Below, one piece after another: positions 29,480-42,126 of a stretch of 64,000 nucleotides of DNA. The notes beneath the pieces are model-generated. The model was given only the letters and a program-made list of their open reading frames with translations. It made no database searches and had not been told where the DNA came from. Both the position numbers and the translations under genes were made by a program. How positions within the stretch are numbered: the first letter of the stretch is position 1; each line of letters starts with the position of its first letter. The stretch comes from Octopus vulgaris (Eukaryota), in the NCBI GenBank assembly GCA_951406725.2, contig OX597823.1:46252001-46316000 (forward strand), read 5' to 3'.

Positions 29480-30788
29480 ATATCTATCTATCTATCTATC
29501 TATCTATCCATCTATCTATCTATCTATCTATCTATCCATCTATCTATCTATCTATCTACCTATCTATCTATCTATCTATTTCACTAATCATTTACAAATA
29601 TGAGTGTGCGTAATAATTTTTCTGCATTTGTTCTAATTTTTGATAGCCAAATATACTGCACTAATGAAATACATTTTCGACCCTCACGTCTTTTTATCAA
29701 TAGAGATAGAGTGGAGCGCGTAGGACTTCAAAGCTGCTTGCTTTCTCCCCTGCCAGCACATCATGTTAGCCCTTTGTCATACGTTTCCTATTGAATGAAT
29801 TATCCCTTGTGGCAAATAAAGAAAAAAATATCATCATTGTTGTTATTGTAACTGAAGATGATTTGGTAGACAATTCTGCTATAAAGTCACGGATCACCCT
29901 TGAGCCATATATCTTTTCCTCTAAGACATTCAGTGTTTCGAAATTCTACTTTGTCAGCTTTAAAACATTTTTGTCGATAACTAGTTAATTGATAGGTAAC
30001 TGTTTCATATTATCAACGCTTTATTGAAACATTCATCTCACCTAACGAATCTATCTAGTGGAAGTACTGAAATACATAACATAATTTGTGTGTATTCGTA
30101 AACATCTGAGCTCCTCTTACTATAATTTGAATATAAATGTTACTGATACGTATTTATAAGGAATTTTATAATTCCTAGGATATTTTGAAAGAGTACTCGG
30201 TTGGGTGACGTTACAGTAACAAACTAAGTCATTTCCTATACTCGTACAGATTTCAGTGAGTTAATGACTTTAGATAACAATTTCAAAGCATTGTATCTAG
30301 ACACAGTCTTCTCTTCACACTTCTGTATATATGGATCTCAGGAAAAAGGAACAAGTACTTTATCAAACACAAGAGGCAACGTTAACCTCAAAGGAATTTA
30401 AAATAAAAGCGTAACTTTCTACAGCTAGGCATATTGTCCATCTGTTTAATAATTCTACCATTTTGGCGTACTCTCCGAACTAAGTGAAAATGGAAAAAGT
30501 ATAAAAGAAAGACTAAAACATTTGTTAGAAAAGTTTATTTATATGCCATATAATCATGTTTTCAAGACAATAAACGTCTGAAATATATACTAAATCACCT
30601 TTGATTTTATAAAAGATTGCTTACATTTACATTACTCCTGCGGCAATAATATGTTTTTAATCGACATTATTTCATAGACAAGTGATATTTTTTTTTATTA
30701 TTTCGTTTACAAAAATATAGAGATGCGTGTGCATGTGTCTATGTGCGTATATATACACATACCTGCATGCATATATATATATATACAT

Positions 30789-30829
<41 letters not shown>

Positions 30830-30887
30830 AAATATACATATATTTATACATATATATATATACATATATATATATACATATACATAC

Positions 30888-30945
<58 letters not shown>

Positions 30946-31313
30946 TCAGAGAGATAGACAGAAAAACAAAAATAGATACCTAGATAGACACAGACGCCAC
31001 CTCATTTTTGTACTAAATTCAAATTGTTACTATATAATTTAATTGTTATACACCACCTATGAACTTCGTTGTTTCTAAGTATTTGGAAGGTAAACTAATA
31101 TAAACTATTTGTTGATTTCGAATAAGAATGAAAAAAAGTTGTTCCTGAAATTCCCTTCCGGATCTCAAAAACTTCTACAGATATGTAGTAGGCGCAAACA
31201 ACATAAATCACACCAGCATCCTAGAATAGATGTTGCTTTCATTCACAAGTGATAGAACTTAATACATTCTCCACATGCCTTCATCACTAGCTACTTTCAC
31301 TACTAGTTCTGCT

Positions 31314-31682
31314 GTGGAGGCGCAATGGCCCAGTTGTTAGGGCAGCGGACTCGCGGTCATAGGATCGCGGTTTCGATTCCCAGACCGGGCGTTGTGAGTG
31401 TTTATTGAGCGAAAACACCTAAAGCTCCACGAGGCTCCGGCAGGGGATGGTGGTGCTCCCTGCTGTACTCTTTCACCACAACTTGCTCTCACTCTTACTT
31501 CCTGTTTCTGTTGTACTTGTCACTCTCTGTGTCACGCTGAATATCCCCGAGAACTACGTTAACGGTACACGTGTCTGTGGAGTGCTCAGCCACTTACACG
31601 TTAATTTCACGAGCAGGCTGGTCCGTTGATTCGGATCGACCGGAACCCTCGTCGTCGTAACCGACGGAGTGCTTCTAAAAAG
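31314..31682 (+). mobile_element. Full-length tRNA-derived SINE, group 3a, with 11-bp TSD
   Basis: GTGGAGGCGCAATGGCCCAGTTGTTAGGGC head with A box and GTTTCGATTCC B box; TSD ACTAGTTCTGC at 31302-31312 and 31683-31693. Confidence 0.92.
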
Positions 31683-31981
31683 ACTAGTTCTGCAATACTT
31701 GAAATATATCTAAATTCCATTAGTGATGTTTTCCTAACTATTGATGTTTTCCTAACTAGTGATGTTTTCAAGGATGACTCGGGTGAGCCTGCACCTTCCT
31801 AGGGTACACTGAATTTGATGAAATCTAAGTGACTGTTCGGTTGGTTACGTGAGGTATAAGCACAGTTACCTCTCTCAATGCACAGTCTAGAAATAAAACT
31901 ATGGGTAGCGAAATAATGCTGCTACTATAGTTAATCCTTGCAAGCATCACAACCGGCTAGCATTAGTATAATATTATTTAT

Positions 31982-32290
31982 AATGCGCCCTTTTCAAGCC
32001 TAGCCAGGCTCATGGGCCCGGTTTCCCGGTTTCTATGGTGTATGTGTTCCTCACCAGCTGGACAGGACGCCAGTCTAGCTCAGCGTTACTCAAGAAACAG
32101 AAAGAAAGAGTGAGAGTAAGTTGGGGCGAAAGAGTACAACAAGGGTCGCTATCACCCCCTGCTGGAGCCTCGTGGAGCTTTTAGGTATTTTCGCTCAATA
32201 AACACATACAACGCCCAGTCTGGGAATCGAAACCGCGATCCTCCGACCGCGAGTACGCTGCCCTAACCACTGGGCCATTGCGCCTCCACA
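31982..32290 (-). mobile_element. Full-length tRNA-derived SINE, group 3b (same head as 3a, different tail)
   Basis: The 5' ~190 bp are homologous to 31314-31510; the tail (…GAAACCGGGAAACCGGGCCCATGAGCCTGGCTAGGCTT) is unrelated; AGTATAATA occurs on both flanks. Confidence 0.88.
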
Positions 32291-32613
32291 TAAGTATAAT
32301 AATGAAACAATAAAAGGGAAAGACAAAAGGCGGAAAATAAACAGATAGATATTATATAGGAAGACACCACCGAAGTAATTCTGAGATGCAAAAGAAAAAA
32401 ATAAGAGAAATGCATAAGAATTAATGCACAAAATAATGAGAGCATTTAATTCAATAAAAGTAAACATATGTGTTCCTGTACATTTAGTGTGGTATTGTAA
32501 ATCATGGCCGAAATATATGTGACTAGTACGATTATATATTTCGCTTCAGGGAACCCCATTAAATATCTTCTTTGCTCCTTACTTCCTTTTTGTCTATTAT
32601 ATTATTATTTCTT

Positions 32614-33060
32614 AAGGTGGCGAGATGGCAGAATCGTTGGCACGCCGGGTGAAGTGCTTAGCGGCATTTCGTTTGTCTGCAAGTTCAGCGTTCGAATTCC
32701 ACCGAGGTCGACTTTGCCTTTCATCCTTTGGGGTTTGATGAAACAAATATTAGTTAGGCACCGGGGTCGATGAAATCGACTATCCCCCTCCACAAAATTG
32801 CAGGGCTTGCGCCTATAGTAGAGAGGAGTATTATTCTTATTAAGGCGGCGAGCTGGCAGAAGCGTTAGCACGCCGGGCAAAATGCCTACCGACATTTCGT
32901 CCGTCCTTACGTTCTGAGTTCAAATTGCGCTGATGTCGACTTTACCTTTCATCCTTTTGGAGTCACTGCATTAAGTACCAGTGAAACACTAGCGTCGGTG
33001 TAATCGACTAGTCAACTCCCCCTAAATTTCAGACCTTGTACCTTTAGTAGAAAGGATTAT
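32614..33060 (+). mobile_element. Two tandem group 2 SINEs (32614-32838, 32842-33060)
   Basis: Same head, B box and Meta-like core as the 15.3-16.1 kb copies. Confidence 0.88.
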
Positions 33061-33103
33061 TCTCATTCCTAAGGTATTTTTCGATGTTGTTGTTATTATT
33101 ATC

Positions 33104-33177
<74 letters not shown>

Positions 33178-33178
<1 letters not shown>

Positions 33179-33735
33179 GTGTGAGAGAGCAGTGCATGCC
33201 ATCAAAGTGACACTGGAGTAAAATATACGAAGCCCAGTATACCCATCATGACTACCTGTCTGATAAGGGTACACCAGGCACATGCATCACAACCATATGT
33301 GTGCAACATGGTGATCTCATATCAAGATAAACAGCACATGACCTTGCAGGTGGGGCCCTGTTAGAATTTTCCTCTGATCGAGTAACCCATCCTGCTCAAA
33401 AGGTCCCTGAATAAGGGTTGTTTAAGTGTGTTGAATGAAACACCCATGTTTCCAGAGGTGAATTATTCAAACCCCAAAGAACTCCTCTCAACACATGGCT
33501 ATGGTGCTCCCCCACTACGTCTGCTCGTGAATAGAGATGCACATATCGTCAGCCACTAAGGGACATGCTCAATTGGTTAAGGTCAAACAACTGACAAGCA
33601 AATCTGTAGTATTGAGCAGAATATTTTCTGTAGTCCATCTTTTATACGAAGACAAAACATTGTACATGATAACACTTCCAGTCAGTTAAGATCAGAGTCC
33701 ATGAGAGCCACTGCCTGGAACTGTTTCAGGGCATT
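33178..33735 (-). mobile_element. ~560-bp non-coding TAA-associated repeat, copy 1
   Basis: Homologous to 56273-56843, 63131-63600 and a fragment at 39433-39615; (TTA)n on the left and (ATTT)n on the right. Strand is inferred. Confidence 0.85.
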
Positions 33736-33774
33736 TATTTATTTATTTATTTATTCATTCATTTATTTCCCCAA

Positions 33775-33820
33775 GGCACCTGATGAAGGCTGGGGGCTAT
33801 ATCAGCCGAAACGTTGTGTT
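33775..33820 (+). ncRNA. Minimal type I hammerhead ribozyme within a Penelope-like repeat (repeat about 33765-33908)
   Basis: GGCAC-CTGATGA-A-GGCTG-(GGGGCTATAT)-CAGCC-GAAA-CG-TT-GTGTT: intact CUGAUGA and GAAA core, 5-bp stem II, stem I GGCAC/GTGTT, palindromic AACGTT in place of stem III. Confidence 0.75.
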
Positions 33821-36171
33821 AACAACAAAAAAGATGAGGGCAAATATCTGTCACATGTAAATAATGTAAATAATATACATAATTCCTCATCTCTTATATA
33901 TAGAACTGAAGTCGCATTGGTACTGATGTATCTTCCTCTGTCATACTGTTCATCTTCGTCATTTTTATTTATCTGCTGACTGCAATTCTGCATAAGAGTG
34001 TATGTTGCAGCAGCTAAACCTTTGTTTATATATTAGCAAACATACTTAATTGAATTAACAGAGTCACAGAAGTTAACATTGACTCTGGTTACCTGTACTT
34101 GCCTTTGCTTCAACTGTAGAATAGTAATCATCAACATCTATCCCGTCTCCTCTTGTAGAGAGTGAGAATATTGGTCTCGGAAACTTTTTCGAAAATTAAA
34201 ATGGGGATTAAATGAAAAAATGAGTTATGTGAGTGATTTAAATAAATGACGATTGTGGAACGCCGCACGCATGCGCGTGCACACATACATACACATGCAT
34301 ACAGATTCAAACATCAGATGGAATGGATATGTCTATGTATGAGAGACCTAGTGAAAGGGTGTGTTGTCTTGTATACGTACATACATAAATAAATATGTAT
34401 ACATCTTTTTTTTTATGTGTGTGCGTGTGTAAGAGAGAGAGTCCCACTTGAACATCTCTCTCTTACGCTTACACAGACACGCGCACACACATACAAGTAA
34501 GATGCATGCATATGTATTTATGTATTACGTATACATGACAACACATTCCTTCACTCTCTTCCTCTGCCTCTGTCTCTCTGTCTCTCTCTCTCACACACAC
34601 GCGCGCATTCACAAACACACACATACGTAAATGTATACAAATGTACATGCAAAAACACGCGTGTGCATTTGTGACTGACAGCAAATACATGGAGCTGAAC
34701 ACGGCGCATAAAAAGTAAATAGATAAAAACTTTTAACGGAAATTAACGAAGTATGCGATTTCAAACGAAATTGGTGAACTTAGTAAATATTTCTTTCAGT
34801 AATTTATCGTAGCTGTTTGCAAATAACGAATTAAAACTTGAAATGAAAACATTAAAATAGAGAGTAAGAGGTTTTACAAATGAAAACGGAAAATTTTGCC
34901 GTTGCTACGTCAATACAGGAAGTTGACATTGAGAAACCTTTTTAAAGAAGTAATATAAAGCAATATTATGCATTTTCAATGAAAATAAAATATACTGATG
35001 AGCCTATTATGTATCTGAGGTCTAATTATTCAGGCATCCCAAATAGGGAGGCAATTTGCGCAGCCGTTTTCACGTGAAAAGCGAACGCACACACACACAC
35101 AAATACACTCACGCAAACACGCACACACAGAGGTTTATTTTACATAATAGGAAAAGGAACAGGAGATCGCCATGACTTTAATGCTTTCGATCATAGATTT
35201 GTTCGTTTAAGGTTGACCTGGGGCAATATAAAAACAGTGTCATCTTTTGAGACAGACAACTTAAAATGTAACGTTGTATTCAAAGAATGACGAATACATG
35301 GCATAATAGAAAGAATAAATTTAGTAGAGGACAAATAAATTAAGCATTTCTATCACCGGGCAGTCCGATCATGTCTTAACAATCCAAAACTTTGAAGTCA
35401 CTGTCAGTACTATACTTGTTAAAGAATAATGTGTACTCTACAAAAAGTATTGAATATTCTTTTACTTTAAATAAAGAGAATATTCCTTTGGCTTAGCTAA
35501 TAAGAAAAACAATCTGTCATTTCTAAATTACTTGTCTTTTAACAGGTTTTCATGCACTTCTCGTAGAATTAATAATTTCACAAGTTCTTCCTCTAAAAGC
35601 TACCGCCTCCATCAGCTTCTTTGTCTGAACATAAACATATTGAAATGATTCGATCATCGATTACTGTTTCTTCCTGGTTCTCTGGATAAAACAACGGTTT
35701 TCTTACACAAAACAAATATCTTGTATACTCGTTAATTCACTGGCACATACCTCTACTGCACTTTTTCATGCTATTTCCATATTAAACTAATATGATTACT
35801 ATTTAATTACTGTTAATCTATCAGAACAAGAATGCTTTTGCACAGTTTCAGAGATTCCTATTTTAAATTAATCCTATTTAAAAAAATAATCGCATTTTAC
35901 AATAATCTCGATGAGACCCCCAAACATTAAAATGAAGACATCAAGCTGTAAATACTAAATTTTAAATCCCTTAACGTTGTGTTTTTTGCTGAACATTTCC
36001 CTCATTATGACACATCCTTACACATCTTAATTAAGAAAGTAATTCCAAGTTATATAAGCTACAAATATGTCAGGTAAAATATATGGTAAATTAAAAAGGT
36101 CTGCGATTTTAGATTTACAATATGCACCCACACTCTCCCGCACGCGTATACACTAACACACAGATACGTCG

Positions 36172-36375
36172 TGGCGATCTGGCAGAATTGTTACCGTGCC
36201 GGCGAAAATGCTCAGCGGCATTTCTTCCTACTTTACGTTCTGAGTTCAAATACCACTGAGGTCCACTTTGCTTTTCGAGGTCGATAAAACAAGTACCGGT
36301 TGCGCAGTGGGGTCGATGTAATCCACTTGCAGCCTCTCTCACAATTGTTAGCTTTGCGCTAAAATTTGAAATCAA
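36172..36375 (+). mobile_element. Group 2 SINE
   Basis: Head, GAGTTCAAATACC B box and partly deleted Meta-like core. Confidence 0.8.
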
Positions 36376-37197
36376 TATGCGTATGCTCGTGTGTCACTGT
36401 CTGTATTTGTATGCGTGTATAACTACGTGACTGTGCATGAAAATCACGGAACAAGTATAGCTCTTCACAGGCTTGATTAGTTGCTCCCGTTCTTGTTCAC
36501 CACTCGGAGGTATTTATCTAATATCCTAGTTGGTATTTGTTTGACTACTTTGAGGACATTTTTTTGGCTCTTTTCATTATATTAACATGAGACGATAAAC
36601 CATATTTTCATAATCAGAATTTCCTTTTTTAATATCCAGTATTTTTTTCTTTATCTGATGATAAAGATAATGATGACTGGTGATGACCACACATTTACTA
36701 ACACGTGTACACATGACACAGCTGCATTAATTCCTCACACCAATCACATTTTGGAGTTTCGCTTTATAAATACTTTACTTTACAGAACTCGGCTCGACTT
36801 GTCGCCCAGGAGAACCCAAGAATATACTGACAAATGGCAACTCGCTGCAAAGGCGCAGATACCCCACACCTGACCTGATGCAGTTATTTTAATAAACTCT
36901 GAAAGTTGATCATTAGTTACTTTATCGATTCTGGTAAATGTTGACATTGATGGAATCTGAAATTAGAAAGTAAAGCATATCTACCGAAAGACAGCTGTTT
37001 GTCCAATATGCTAATTTATGTACTTATATCCATAGTACATAATATAAAACTTTTAATGCACAGCCGAAAAATATATTTAATTCGTAGCGATAGATATTTT
37101 TGTGCCGTCGAAAGAGAAAGTAGCTAACATTTCTCTGAAGAAGAAAAGAAACCTGCTTGAAATCTTGCATATACTCCCGACACACCAACACATTCTA

Positions 37198-37290
<93 letters not shown>

Positions 37291-38080
37291 ATGAATATAT
37301 ATATATATATATAATATGTGTGTGTGTATGTGTGTATCTGTCAATTTATCTATCTATCTATTTGTCTCAGTCTCTGACTGTCTCTCTATCTCCGAGTGTC
37401 TCTCTCTCTCTGTGTCTCTATTGACAAAAAGTAATGCATTGAGCTTATGTGATAGCTTTTGCTTCTCCTCATCAATACAAATAAGAAAGTGGTGGATTTT
37501 TTTTCAATACCAACGCAGGTGATTTGACGACAACTTTGTACTCAGTCGCCTACGTTTCAAACATAAAATTGTGATCAATGTCGCGTTACGATCTATCTTC
37601 CAGCTTTGGTTGATTCAGACGACTGTTCCTTACTTATCCTTCTGCATCAAAAGAAAAGATCAATATATATTTTCAATTTAAGATATTGCCCCCCAAATAT
37701 AAAACAATACATTTAGAAGTTATGTCTTGACATCAAACAACCGTAAATATGCGAAGGTTTCAATGTCAATAGAAGGAAAGAGGGACTGATAGAAAATGGA
37801 AAAAAAAAGAAGAAAAAGGTGTGTTTTTTTTCCTGTCCGGGAGTTCTTTGATTATTTCATTTAAGGTAAACAGAGTCCAGTGATAAACTAAACACACATT
37901 CAATTGTAGCATTATTCAATAAAAAGTCCGACAGGTCAATGTCGCAAACAAACTCTACTAGACCAATGAAATTACAATTTTCACATCAAGAAATCAATCT
38001 AAAATTACTGACCTTTACACAAAGCTGCAAGTCAGAAAGTTTTTTCTAAAATGTTTATAGAAATCAACATCTTTTGCTAA

Positions 38081-38175
38081 GCCAATTGGTCATAAGGGCG
38101 GAGGATCGATCTATTGATTGCCTTTCAGTGGCTGATCAAACCTTGTAAGTCAGTCTCGCGGAAGGATGGCGCTGT
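38081..38175 (+). promoter_or_regulatory. Candidate TATA-less Pol II promoter
   Basis: CCAATTGG (38082-38089), GC box GGGCGGAG (38096-38103), Inr-like TCAGT (38125-38129), donor GTAAGT (38145-38150) and YY1-like GATGGCG (38165-38171), all in non-repetitive sequence. Confidence 0.35.
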
Positions 38176-38246
38176 TTGGGTAACTGACCGAATCTAAAGG
38201 AATTTTTTTGTTTTTTATTTTTTCATTCAGGTGATTAATCTTGTGC

Positions 38247-38314
38247 ATGGCACTGTTTCAGCGGAGAAAAACTACAGTGATGGCCGAGAAAACAAAAGAC
38301 ATTAAAGAACAGAG
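38247..38314 (+). CDS. Candidate first coding exon portion (MALFQRRKTTVMAEKTKDIKEQ), product unknown
   Basis: Long poly-T tract plus CAG acceptor ending at 38230, ATG at 38247, open frame to the AG|GTAATT donor at 38315. No homology recognised and no downstream exon identified. Confidence 0.3.
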
Positions 38315-38847
38315 GTAATTCTATACACATACACAGAAGAATGGAAAATGTTTCACTGTATATATATACACATTGAACAATTGAAGATGTCTTCTACATA
38401 CACACATTAAAACTTACCTGGCAAATATAACCAAAGAAAACAATAAAATATTGTTTTAACTGTAATTCACTTTCTTTATCTTTCAATAATCATTCCTCTC
38501 CATTCTCATGATACTGTCAGATGTACACGAACATGTTTGTATAATACATAGTCATATATATGTATATATATGTATGTGTATGTGTGTGTCTGTGTGTGTG
38601 CGTACAGTCTGTGTCGTGTGCACATATGTTTGCGTATGTTTAGTTCAGTGTATACGTGGGTACCATCGTATAAGCTATCCACAGAAACATATGAGCTTCT
38701 ACATAATTGTATATATAAACACAATGAAACGTGACCACTTGAAGTCACTTGAGTATGCGTATAATATATACACACGGACGGTGAGTCTTTTTTTATTGTT
38801 TTCTTTCTGTTGTTAATGTAAATAAGAACGAAACGAGTATATCATTT

Positions 38848-39038
38848 CAGTTCTAGATTTAAAAGATGAGAAATTATGTACATTTTTTACATTATTTACA
38901 TTATTTACATTTGAAGGATATTTGTCCTCACCTTGTTTGTTGTTATACCCTCCAGCGTTCATCAGGTGTCTTGGGGAAATTTCGAACCTGGGTTCTCATT
39001 CCCAAAGTATTTTTCAATGTTGTTATTAATATTATAAC

Positions 39039-39096
<58 letters not shown>

Positions 39097-39149
39097 ACAA
39101 CAAACACGATGAGGACAAATATCCGTTAAATGTAAATAATGTAAATAAT
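38848..39149. mobile_element. Penelope-like inverted-end insertion with 13-bp TSD (same family as 33765-33908)
   Basis: Minus-strand copy (GACACCTGATGAACGCTGG, with the 3' half of the hammerhead deleted), a (TTA)n tract, then a plus-strand terminal fragment. TSD GAGTATATCATTT at 38835-38847 and 39150-39162. Confidence 0.8.
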
Positions 39150-39241
39150 GAGTATATCATTTGTTGAACTTAACGAAATGTGTCTCAAGCCATATTCTGC
39201 TATATTATCCAAAACCGTATTTTGGTATCTTCATATATCTA

Positions 39242-39346
<105 letters not shown>

Positions 39347-39347
39347 G

Positions 39348-39379
<32 letters not shown>

Positions 39380-39692
39380 TGTATGTATATATGTACGTAT
39401 GTATGTATGTATGTTTGTATGTATGTATGTATCCCACTACTTCTGCTCGTGATCAGAGATGCACATATCGTCAGCCACTAAGGGACATGCTCAGAGTTTC
39501 ACGTTTCCGTTCGACGAACGGAAACGCGAAATCTGTGAGTGAGCAGTCTTGAGATAATTTTGCAGCTTTAACATCTTTATACCAAGACAAAACAATGTAC
39601 ATGATTTTAACACTGATTTGTTAAGATATGGCGGTGCCCCATGCATGGCCACAGCTCATAAGCTGAAACTAGAATCAATCAATCAATAATTA

Positions 39693-39735
<43 letters not shown>

Positions 39736-39917
39736 ATTGATTTCTTTTTCGATGGTCACGATAAAGGACTAATAGTGCGCACTGATTAAATGTAAATAAT
39801 GTAAAGACAATATCATTTGTTGAAAACAAATTTGTCTCAAGCCATATTCTTTCAGGGTTCAGAAAAGTTTGATATCTCTATTATGGATTGATTAACAAAA
39901 AATTATTATTATATTAC

Positions 39918-39952
<35 letters not shown>

Positions 39953-40158
39953 TTATTATTATTATTTGATTATTATTATGGATTATTATTATTATTATTA
40001 TCAACAAACTATGAGGACTTATATCCGTTAAATGTAAATATGTAAATATGAGTATATCATTTGTTGAACCGAAATGTGTCTCAAGCCATATTCGGGGATG
40101 CTATAACACACCACCATGTTGGGGGACAAAGACATACATAATCTATATACACACACAA

Positions 40159-40226
<68 letters not shown>

Positions 40227-40330
40227 TATATATTTCATATATATTTTTGATATATAATTCATATACATTGCATATATATTTCACATCCTTCTTTCAGCAC
40301 AGCTTTCCATTGAAATAGATTTATCATAGA

Positions 40331-40965
40331 CTAGCAGTATCGCCCGGCGTTGCTCGGGTTTGTAAGGGAAATAACTATATAAGCATTTTTAGAGAGTTAT
40401 AGCCAAAAAATAGCAAAAAATGCATTAAAAATGGAAAAAATATGATGGTAAATTTTTTTAAAATCGTTGACTCATCGTAGACATTTTTAGAGAGTTACTT
40501 CCTTATATAATAGCGAAAAAATGCATTAAAATGGAAAAAAAACGATGGTAATTTTTTTTTTAAATCGTAGACTCATGTAGACGCTTTCTTAGCCATTTCT
40601 GTTTTGGTATCTTCAAGCCATGAAGTCGTTGTTCTAAAAGAACACTGGTCTCCTTGACAACGCATTACGACGTTGATTTCCTTACACTCCCTTCCCCACA
40701 GGTGCAGGTGTGAGCGTGGACGCCAACTCCGCCGCCATCGACACACGAAAAATTATGCATTAAAATGGAATAAAAAATGATGTTAAATTATTTTTAAAAT
40801 CATAGACTCATCGTAGACGCGCGCTAATATTCAGACGGGCTCGATATGAATCACGACTATAAGCTACCCGAATTTGGTTAAACTGTACCGCAAAATGTGG
40901 GAGTAGTTAGGAATCTAAATCGAAGGGGACAGACACTCACACAACTACAGTTTTATATATATAGA
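40331..40965 (-). mobile_element. Non-autonomous Helitron
   Basis: Minus strand begins A|TCTATATATATAAAA and ends with a GC-rich hairpin CCCGAGCAACGCCGGG then CTAG|T (AT target, no TSD); internal ~100-bp subrepeats. Confidence 0.88.
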
Positions 40966-40984
40966 TATACATAGCGCAGTAGTG

Positions 40985-41350
40985 GTGAGATATGACAGCA
41001 AAGAAAAGCATACATTCACTCTCTGCATGCAATTAGACTCGGAAAGTTCGTGAGGAACCCATTGACCCAATTTGCTGACTTTTCCGATAGCACACAGGTG
41101 TCAATGAATGGTTGAATGACCAAATCCAAGCTTCTCTGCTAGTTCCTCAACAGTTACGATGATATTTTGTTCCACCAGGGTTTCCAGGATGTCCTTGTCG
41201 AGTTCTACAGATCTTTCAGGATGAGGCTCGTCTTCTAGGCTGTAGTTTATGGCTCGGGATTTCTGGAACCACCATTGACACTGCCTTACGCTTATTGTCC
41301 AATCCCCATATACTGCATTAATATTTCTTGTACTTTGCACACATTTATAT
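40985..41350 (-). pseudogene. Mariner transposase N-terminal remnant (HTH region to WVPHEL)
   Basis: STRNINAVYGD...QWWFQK...SLEDEPHPERS...VEELAEKLG, then VSKLGQWVPHELS after an in-frame stop. Confidence 0.92.
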
Positions 41351-41834
41351 TCTGTTATTCTTTTATATGTTTCAGCCTTGAGGTTGTGGCCATGCTGGAT
41401 CATGTGTATGTGTGTGTGTGTGTGTGTGTGTGTCTATCTGTCTGTCTGTCTGTATGTATATATGTATATGTATGTGTGTGAACAATAATATTTTCAACAG
41501 ATGTGTTGCAAATATATCTGATTGTTCTCAAGCTTCAATACTGTGTGTGTGTGTATGTGTGTGTGTATGTATGTATGTATATGTATGTATGTATGTATAT
41601 GTATGTATGTATGTATGTATGTGTGTATGTATGTATGTGTGTGTGTATGTATGTGTGTGTGTATGTATGTATGTATGTATGTATGTATGTATGTATGTAT
41701 GAGTGTATGTTTACTTTATTACTAATTACTCTCTTCCAAGAACATTTTCACTCACTCTTAGCTCTTAGCTTCCCATACATTTTACTCATGTATCTATCAG
41801 CGTCATAGACAGAATACTTTCACTTTAGTCTTCC

Positions 41835-42126
41835 TCAAATCACTGTGTCGCTATTTACTTTCATTTTATTCGTTGCCCACTGTGTGTGTGCGTTTGCGTG
41901 TGGTGTAAACCAGACTAAGAAAAGCATTTGACACACACACCAGAATGTGAGTTTTCTGTAAATTTTGCTTAATTGGAGTTTAAATTTTAAAAACTGGACC
42001 TGGCATGACGCGATGCATTGTACTCTCAAAAATGCTAGGTAAATTGTAATTGAAGAAATCCTATATTGTAGATTTCTATAACTCCCAAAGGGAGGCAGAT
42101 AAAATCTGCCTTTTATAATAAGAGAT
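41835..42126 (-). mobile_element. Probable Helitron 5' fragment (a second similar start at about 57468, plus strand)
   Basis: Minus strand A|TCTCTTATTATAAAAGGCAGATTTTATCTGCC start; no 3' CTAG hairpin end found. Confidence 0.45.

Noticed and set aside
31314-31390. tRNA-like sequence
   Set aside because: It continues into a SINE body with a TSD and lacks a proper acceptor stem; it is a SINE head, not a tRNA gene.
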